Of a stretch of 64,000 nt of DNA, positions 57,369 to 64,000 are shown piece by piece. Source of the DNA: Bugula neritina (Eukaryota; Animalia; Bryozoa); assembly GCA_964035545.1 (NCBI GenBank), contig OZ037769.1, positions 8,475,929 through 8,539,928 on the forward strand, read 5' to 3'. Below the pieces are notes generated by a model that saw nothing but the letters and a program-made list of their open reading frames with translations, was not told where the DNA came from and did not search any database. Every line of letters begins with the position of its first letter. The stretch's first letter is position 1. Made by a program: the position numbers and the translations under genes.

Positions 57369-58321
57369 GCTTGATTTGAAAGCAAAGTTCAAGAAACAGT
57401 ATTTGTGCTATTGTACTTTATGTCAACATTATTTATAATAATATAGGACAACAAAGTAATTACAGCATGTAATGAATACTCTGTTTCCATATATATGATA
57501 TAGTTATTATAATATTATCATAGATGTTGTAATCATATCGCATAAACCTCTGCTGCTTGTGAGCTTTAAAAAGAAAAGTTATTTTAGAAAACAATAGCCA
57601 CCGGAATATCAATTTTTAGTACATAAAATTATTTTGAATAGATTCATATGTTTTTTTTAATAAAGTATATGCAAATACGTCCATTGTTTCCGTTATAATG
57701 TTGTCCTTGTTTCTATTTCTATAAACTTACTTGGGTACATTAAGGTAGCTTATAAACCTCATAAGTGTAATTTTTTTATGCTAAAGATGTTGCATTATAA
57801 CATTATTGCTATAGAGAAGTTCAAAGAAACTATAGAGATATTTAGGTTTAAAAGCTAATGTTTATTGAAATACTGAAACGACTACTACTCCATTGTATAA
57901 CATACTCGGTAATCATCAATAAAATATATATTTATTCCTAATCTTACAAAATTATTTGCTATTGTTATGATATTTTCAGTATTAGGGTTGATATGCAATC
58001 CAGAGAGTCTAATTACTTGCTAGAGAACTTCACCAGGATAAGTCGAGTAAGCGAGTATATATTTTAACACAATAACACATTACAAAAACTATACAAATAC
58101 ATCTAATAATACACACATCTAGACTATTCAGCACTCTAACTTCGACTGACTAACAGCGGGAAAACTACTACTGCTACTAACTATCAAAACCGCTAATTGG
58201 CTATCAATTGTTTCGGGTCAATTACGCGACCCTGCGTACTGTGCTGCTGGTAGCTCTACAAGCCACCACACCGCCCCCACCAGCAGAAAGCCCTCTTTCT
58301 GATACAGAAAGTATTTCATTA

Positions 58322-59630
58322 TTACCCACGTACATCAGTAGACCAAAAGAAAAGACATAACATATATAAAGATACACAATAACAGACAGAGTCATTATAA
58401 CAGCAGGTTACATACAATTGGCCAGCTATAGAGAAAGAATACCGGCTAGTTGTGGTATTGGACAAGGACTCGAGCTTTCGAGCAGTCAAGCATTTGCATG
58501 ATCGTCTTGGATCCCCAAGAAGACGAGGCTTGTAGATCATTCCGGCAGCAGAACCAGAGTCAGTGTTGGGCACGACGATGTTTGGCCTGGCATATACGTA
58601 ACTTTCTTTAATCCGGCCAACCGAGCCTTTTAACTGAAAGAGTCCCGCCGTGGTATTAAGCAGATCCGGTGCTAACTGGGTAAACTCAGCCTGCAGTCGG
58701 AGGAGGCGTTCCTCTACAGTGGCCAGGCGAGCGGGGTCTGGGGACAGTGTCCATCTACGACAAAGAGGGGGACTTGGAGACCGGGTCCGTCTTTTCGTCG
58801 GGGTGGGGGAGACCTCTCCTTCTTCGGGATAGGTAAACTCTTCGGGGGTGTACACAATCTGAGGGCGGTCAGATACCAATGGAGATTGTTGCCTGGCATA
58901 GTCTAGTACGCGCTGGAAACCTGAGGTCAGGACGGCCAACAACATAGCCTTCTTCACTAGGGGTCGTATCAGAGTTAAGAATTCTGGATAGAGTTTGGCA
59001 TCCACCAGGTAATCCTCTCCGGAGAAACAGCCCGTCGCCCGATGTCTGGTGACGGGGTAGGGGTAGACATCATTATATCCACAGGGGCAGAATGTGAGTA
59101 AGAGGTGGGCGTTGACATGTAGCTTCAAGGAGCGGTGAGAGGCGCACTCCTCGTCACAAATCTGGCACCGCGTTCTTCCTTTGGATCCCCAGGCCGTTTC
59201 TATCTGCTCTTCTGTTTCCGGCGACACCCACCGCCAACGGCGGCGCAGTGGCTCGGGCCGGTCACCATTGGCATACTCCTCAGTATGCGGAGCGGGAAGT
59301 GCTCTATCCCGTACCCTGGTTGTAACTGGTCGAGTGTAATCTGAAAAAGTTTCAACAGTGTTAGTATAATACACTGCAGTGTTGTCAGCTTGAACAGCCT
59401 GGCAACTTCTCGTTCAGTTACTTCGTAAAGATTTATGGTAGTGAATAGTCAGATAGAACACGTATTGCAATGAGATTATAAAATCTCTAAGTCAAACTGA
59501 GTTCTTACTACGGTAGTTCACTAGCCTATCTCCAGTTCATTTGACTCAGTGAGTCGGAGCTGAGCAATGCAATCGAGTTTCCATATCAAGATATAGTTAA
59601 CTCACCCCACGATCTGTTGTCGTAAGACAT
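58322..59630 (-). CDS. Spliced ORF3 zinc-finger/coiled-coil accessory gene, copy 2 (exons 59606-59630 and 58322-59340; inferred ancestral stop 58560)
   Basis: Same 25-nt mini-exon, 265-nt intron 59341-59605 with TACTAAC at 59360-59366 and TTTTTCAG acceptor. CQIC-x12-H-x3-H, CPC-x12-H-x4-C, KRRTRSPSPP, leucine-rich helix. A 1-nt deletion after GRIK extends the ORF. Confidence 0.78.
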
Positions 59631-59799
59631 ACTGAATTTGTGAAATGGTTTGAACTACTGCTTAGAAACACATCTACTCTTGACTGCATCAGCGTATGAA
59701 AAGATTGAGCAACGTGGTTGGGGTGCGTGATTAAGACTTTGTGCACCCGGCGGATGAATTTTGTTTCTATTTCCGCCGATACAAAAGTTGATATTTCCG

Positions 59800-62700
59800 T
59801 GGTGTTGACAACTCCCACATTTGCTCGATACTTTTCTCGTACGGTTTTCCCCTAGACTTTCATACGCGCCGCTTTTAATGCAGTCGCATACGAAGTCTTT
59901 CAAATATGCGGGGGGTTGCCTCGTACGCTGTCCCCTTTCTAGGGAGGGGTGACACGCTCGCCGGTTTATTAGCAGGGGCCTCTAATGGCGTCTCTTCTTC
60001 ACCGTTAGCGGTCACTTCTTCTTGTTCTCCGGATGGAGCCCCTCCCTCCGTGGGGGTTTGCACTTCCGGAACCGGCTCGGTTTCTGAAAATGATGGAATC
60101 AGACTTGGCGGCGGCGGACGTGCTTTTGCTGGCAAAAGCTGTCGCTCCTCTCTCACCAAGTCTTTCTCCCGCGGTATGACCACTTCATATTCAGGTCCAT
60201 GCCGCCGTCGCCCGCGTGTTGTTGTCTGCCTCCTGGGCTCCAACAACGGGGGGGCTTTTCCCACTGCGTCGGGGCTAGCCCAATACGGCTTCAAGCAAGA
60301 CTCATTCTGGATAGACACCTGTCCTGAGCGCTCAATCTTGTACGTATGGTTGGGCATAGCCTCGACGATCACGTAGGGTCCCACGAACTTAGGCTGTAAC
60401 TTAGCCGCCTGCCCGCGACGCCTACGGTAATTGACCATCCACACCTTATCCCCCGTTTGGTAGAGGGGTGGTTCCTTGGAATCTTCGTGTCGCACCTTCC
60501 ACTGCTGTTCGCACAGTATATCGTGTGCGGCCTTCATCCGTTCCACTAGTTCACTGGCATACTCGTGAATCGAGTTGTCTAGCTTTGGAACGTGGTAGGT
60601 GAGATGGTCAGGTACCCGGGTCTCTCTCCCGAGCATCAAGAGGTGTGTGGGGTGCTACGGTATGCACACATGACCTGCGGCAACACCGTGTCCCATTCCT
60701 CTTGACTGCGTCCAAGGAGGAGACTCCGGAGCGCATCACCTAGCATCCGGTTGTTGCGCTCCACCACTCCATTACCTTGTGGGTGATAGGGGGTGGTCCT
60801 GCTCTGATTTACTCCCCAGAGGCGGCAAAGGTCGCTCATCAGTTGAGACTGGAATTGAGCGCCTTGATCAGAGTGTATCTGTTCGGGGAGACCAAAATAA
60901 CAGAATACATGTTGGTCTAGTACCCTGGCCACTGTTGGGGCTGACGCATCAGGGATAGCCAGAGCATCCGCCCACCTAGTAAAGTGGTCGGTCAGTACTA
61001 AGATCCAACTATTGCCTCTGGGGGTCAGGGGCATGGGTCCGACCAGGTCAACAGCTACCACTTGCCACAGCCTTCCAGCATGTAACCTCCGCCGTCCCGC
61101 TTCACCAAGGAGACGGCCATGCTTGCTGGCCTGGCAGATTTCGCACTGCTTTACTCTGAGCCGGACATCCCGCCCCATTTTGGGCCAATACCACCGGAGT
61201 TGCAATTTGGAGATCACTCTCTTGACCCCTGCGTGGGCCTGTTTGTGAGTGTCCCCGATTAACTCACGGCGTATGGCACTGGGGCAGACCACCCTTTTCT
61301 TCTCCGGGTGTCTGCCGTTGGCAGCTAGAGAGATGGTCAATAGACCATCCTGCCCGATCCTCAGCGAGTCGCAACGCTGGCAGAATAGCCGGAACTCGGC
61401 GCATCCCTGCCGTATGCGTTCCTCCTTGGGTCGTCGCCCGTCCTTTTTGGCCCGATATATGTCTGCCACTACCCCAGGCAACTCCTCTTGGAGCTTCTTC
61501 AGCTCCTGGACATTATCGGCCAGTACAGGATTGGTGCGGAGGTTCTGTACAACCTCCGGGGACTCGTCAACCTCCTGCCTGAGTTGACCCTGGTCCCAGT
61601 CAAACGGTGCTCCGTGGTGAGCCAATGTCTCCAGCTCACATCGCGGGGACCTCCCGTCCCTCCTCTCGATGTTGAGACACTGTTTGCAACCTCCATCAGG
61701 TCGGCGGCTCAAACCATCCGCATTGCTGTGTCTCTTGCCCGGTCGATGTTCGATCCGGTACGAGAATTCAGCTAGGATTTCGAGCCACCCGGCGACCTGA
61801 CTAGAGGGCTCTGCTCTCTTGCACAACCAGATCAGCGAGGCATGATCCGTACGCAGCCGGAACTTCCTGCCGTATAAGTATGGTCTGAAGTGCTTTACTG
61901 ACTTGATTACTGCCAGCAGCTCCTTGCGGGTAGTGCAGTAATTTCGTTCAGTGGGAGAGAGAGACTTGCTGTAGTAGGCTACTACTACCTCTCGGCCTTC
62001 CTGCACTTGAGACAGCACAGCGCCAACATTTTGGTCACTGGCGTCAGTGTCGAGGATGTACTCCAGAATGGGGTCTGGGTAGGCCAAGATGGGCGCCGTT
62101 AGTAGGCAGCCCTTAAGGCGGTCGAACGCTCCTTGTTCGACTGGGGTCCACTGCCACGTCACTCCCTTTGCGATGAGCCGGTTTAACGGCTGTGCTATGC
62201 CCGCAAAGTCTGGTATGTATTGCCTGTAATACCCTACCAGCCCCAAGAAAGCCCTAAGTCCGGTCAAGTCTTGGGGGGTGACCCAGTCTTCTATTGCCCG
62301 TACCTTTTCGGGATCCGTTGCCACGCCGTTTCGGCCGACAACGTGCCCCAGGTACTTGACCTCCAGCTGCAATAGAGCGCACTTGGAAGGTTTGAGCTTA
62401 AGACCGGCACCTCGGAGTCTCTCGAAGACCTCCTGCAGACGACTGACATGCGTCTCGAAGTCTGGGGAGATCACGATGACATCGTCGAGGTAGATCAGCA
62501 GCGTCTTCCAATGGAGCCCGCTGAGGACTTGCTCCATCAGCCTCTGGAAGGTGGCTGGGGCGGAGGTTAACCCGAAAGGCAACACCTTCCACTTCCACAA
62601 ACCGTCCCGTGTGATAAACGCCGCTTTCTCCTGGGCGTCGGGACTCAGAGGAACTTGCCAGTAGCCACTCAGCAAGTCTAACGTACTGAAGTACTTGCTG

Positions 62701-64000
62701 ACGGCTAAGGCATCCAGTGACTCATCAATACGAGGTAGAGGGTAGGCGTCCTGTATGGTTACGCTATTGAGTTTGCGGTAATCCACACAGAACCGCCAAC
62801 TGCCGTCTTTCTTCCGGACCAGTACGACCGGCGAGCTCCACGCACTATGGGCGGGCTCTATGAGGCCGCGGTCCAGAAGATCCCGTACGTGTCGGCTAAC
62901 CTCCTTCTCTTTTTCCGGCCCCAGCCTGCGTGTGGGTTGCCGGACAGGGACTGTCCCTGCAGTCAGCGGTATTTCGTGTCTGACAACTCCAGTCAGCCTC
63001 ACGTCATAATCTCCGCTGCTGAACACATCACCGTAGTCGCGTAGCAACTTCGCCATAGCTTGGCGTTCTTTGTTACTCGCGCAGCCGCCACAGGCTGTGT
63101 CATACAACTCCCGGAGATGTGCTGGGACTGTCCCTCACCCTTGAGTAGGGCACCGAGGGAATGCTTCCGTCGCATCACCTAGCGACGGGCCCACGTCCTT
63201 CTCCTGAACAGAGTGAAAACGGCCCAGCATAGACCCAGCCGGAAGCTTGACAGACTCGGTAAAGGGGTTGACACACTGCACTAAGATCTCCCCTTGCTCA
63301 GTCAGCTTATGCAGACTGCTGGCAAGTTGGATCCTTTCGTGCGCGCCTTCAACTACCCCGAGTCCAGAGATCCGGCTATTGTTCACCCTGCAGTGAATGG
63401 TAGCCCGGGAGCGGCCTGGTATGGTACGGTTGCGTACCACCTGCACACCTCCCACTAAAAGGCGGCCGAACTTGTCGACGCAGGCGAGTTCTCGCCCGGA
63501 CATCACCATCGCAGATTTACTAAAATCGATGTGACATCCGTGCCATTTTAGGAATGGCATCCCGAGGATGGCGTCCTCCTTGAGCTGACTGACGATAAAC
63601 ATCTCTTGGATCGTTTGATCCCGGACTCGTCCCGTAAAGCTCAATTATACCATAGAAGGGAAGGCACGACCCGTCAGCTAGGGTGCCATACTCCCCCTCG
63701 TATGGTTCCATCTCGCCCCTGACCCTACCACTGAGGGTGTCGAAAAGTTGGCGGCTTAAGAGGTTCGTGGTACAGCCCGAATCAATGAGGAAAGTAACAG
63801 CTTTGCCTTCCAGTTTACCGGGCAAGAAATAGCTGTTCCCATGGGGCTGCACCTGAACTCTCTCTTCAGGCCTTACTTTCGCAGGGAGTACCTCCCTCGC
63901 TTTGGGTCGCGAAGGAGGTCTTTTGGGATGATGGTAAGTGGGCCTCGGAGGTGCCGAGGCTAGATTTCCGGCTACCTTTGTTGGCTCCCATCCAGATTCT
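59800..64000 (-). pseudogene. pol: Pol of family B copy 2, with frameshifts or stops near 63640, 63135 and 60636
   Basis: 823-aa RT-RH-IN ORF at 60636-63107, with flanking protease and integrase C-terminal ORFs in other frames. Confidence 0.93.

Larger units (their letters stand above)
57963..64000 (-). mobile_element. Ty3/Gypsy family B copy 2, just downstream of the RPTP stop codon; runs off the window end
   Basis: 3' LTR 57963-58270, PPT, ORF3 and pol, all highly similar to copy 1. Confidence 0.97.

Noticed and set aside
58322-59374. ORF3 as an env gene, or the 350-aa ORF as annotated
   Set aside because: No signal peptide or true TM helix. The GTG start lies in the intron, and the hydrophobic tail most likely results from a 1-nt deletion relative to copy 1.

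Overview
AT-rich, intron-rich animal (invertebrate-type) genomic DNA; nothing prokaryotic and no CRISPR. All exon calls were made by hand from splice consensus and reading-frame phase. Two divergently transcribed host genes could be assembled. (1) On the minus strand, a ~303-aa secreted protein: signal peptide, PAN/Apple domain, Cys-rich module, CTHRC1-type C-terminal domain, and no collagen helix (19986 to 3128). (2) On the plus strand, an apparently complete 38-exon, ~1699-aa receptor protein tyrosine phosphatase: signal peptide, divergent F-type lectin domain, 7 Cys-rich FN3 domains, furin site, TM helix, and tandem PTP D1/D2 (28117-57368). A relic 3' end of a paralogous RPTP lies upstream of it. 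Three Ty3/Gypsy LTR retrotransposons from two families, a decayed BEL/Pao element, several MITEs, tRNA-derived SINE heads and microsatellites fill the introns and flanks. The most notable candidate is a third gene downstream of integrase, in the env position, in both Gypsy families. It is not env-like but encodes a C2H2/C2HC zinc-finger, RS/P-rich, coiled-coil, basic-tailed protein. It can only be read via a sense-strand spliceosomal intron (ATG mini-exon, G|GTGAGT donor, TACTAAC branch point, pyrimidine-CAG acceptor), suggesting a 'complex' retrotransposon with a spliced accessory regulator. Also notable are a fold-back MITE with an AGGT target duplication exactly at a splice donor (introner-like), and two further tandemly multiplied donors in the same RPTP gene.
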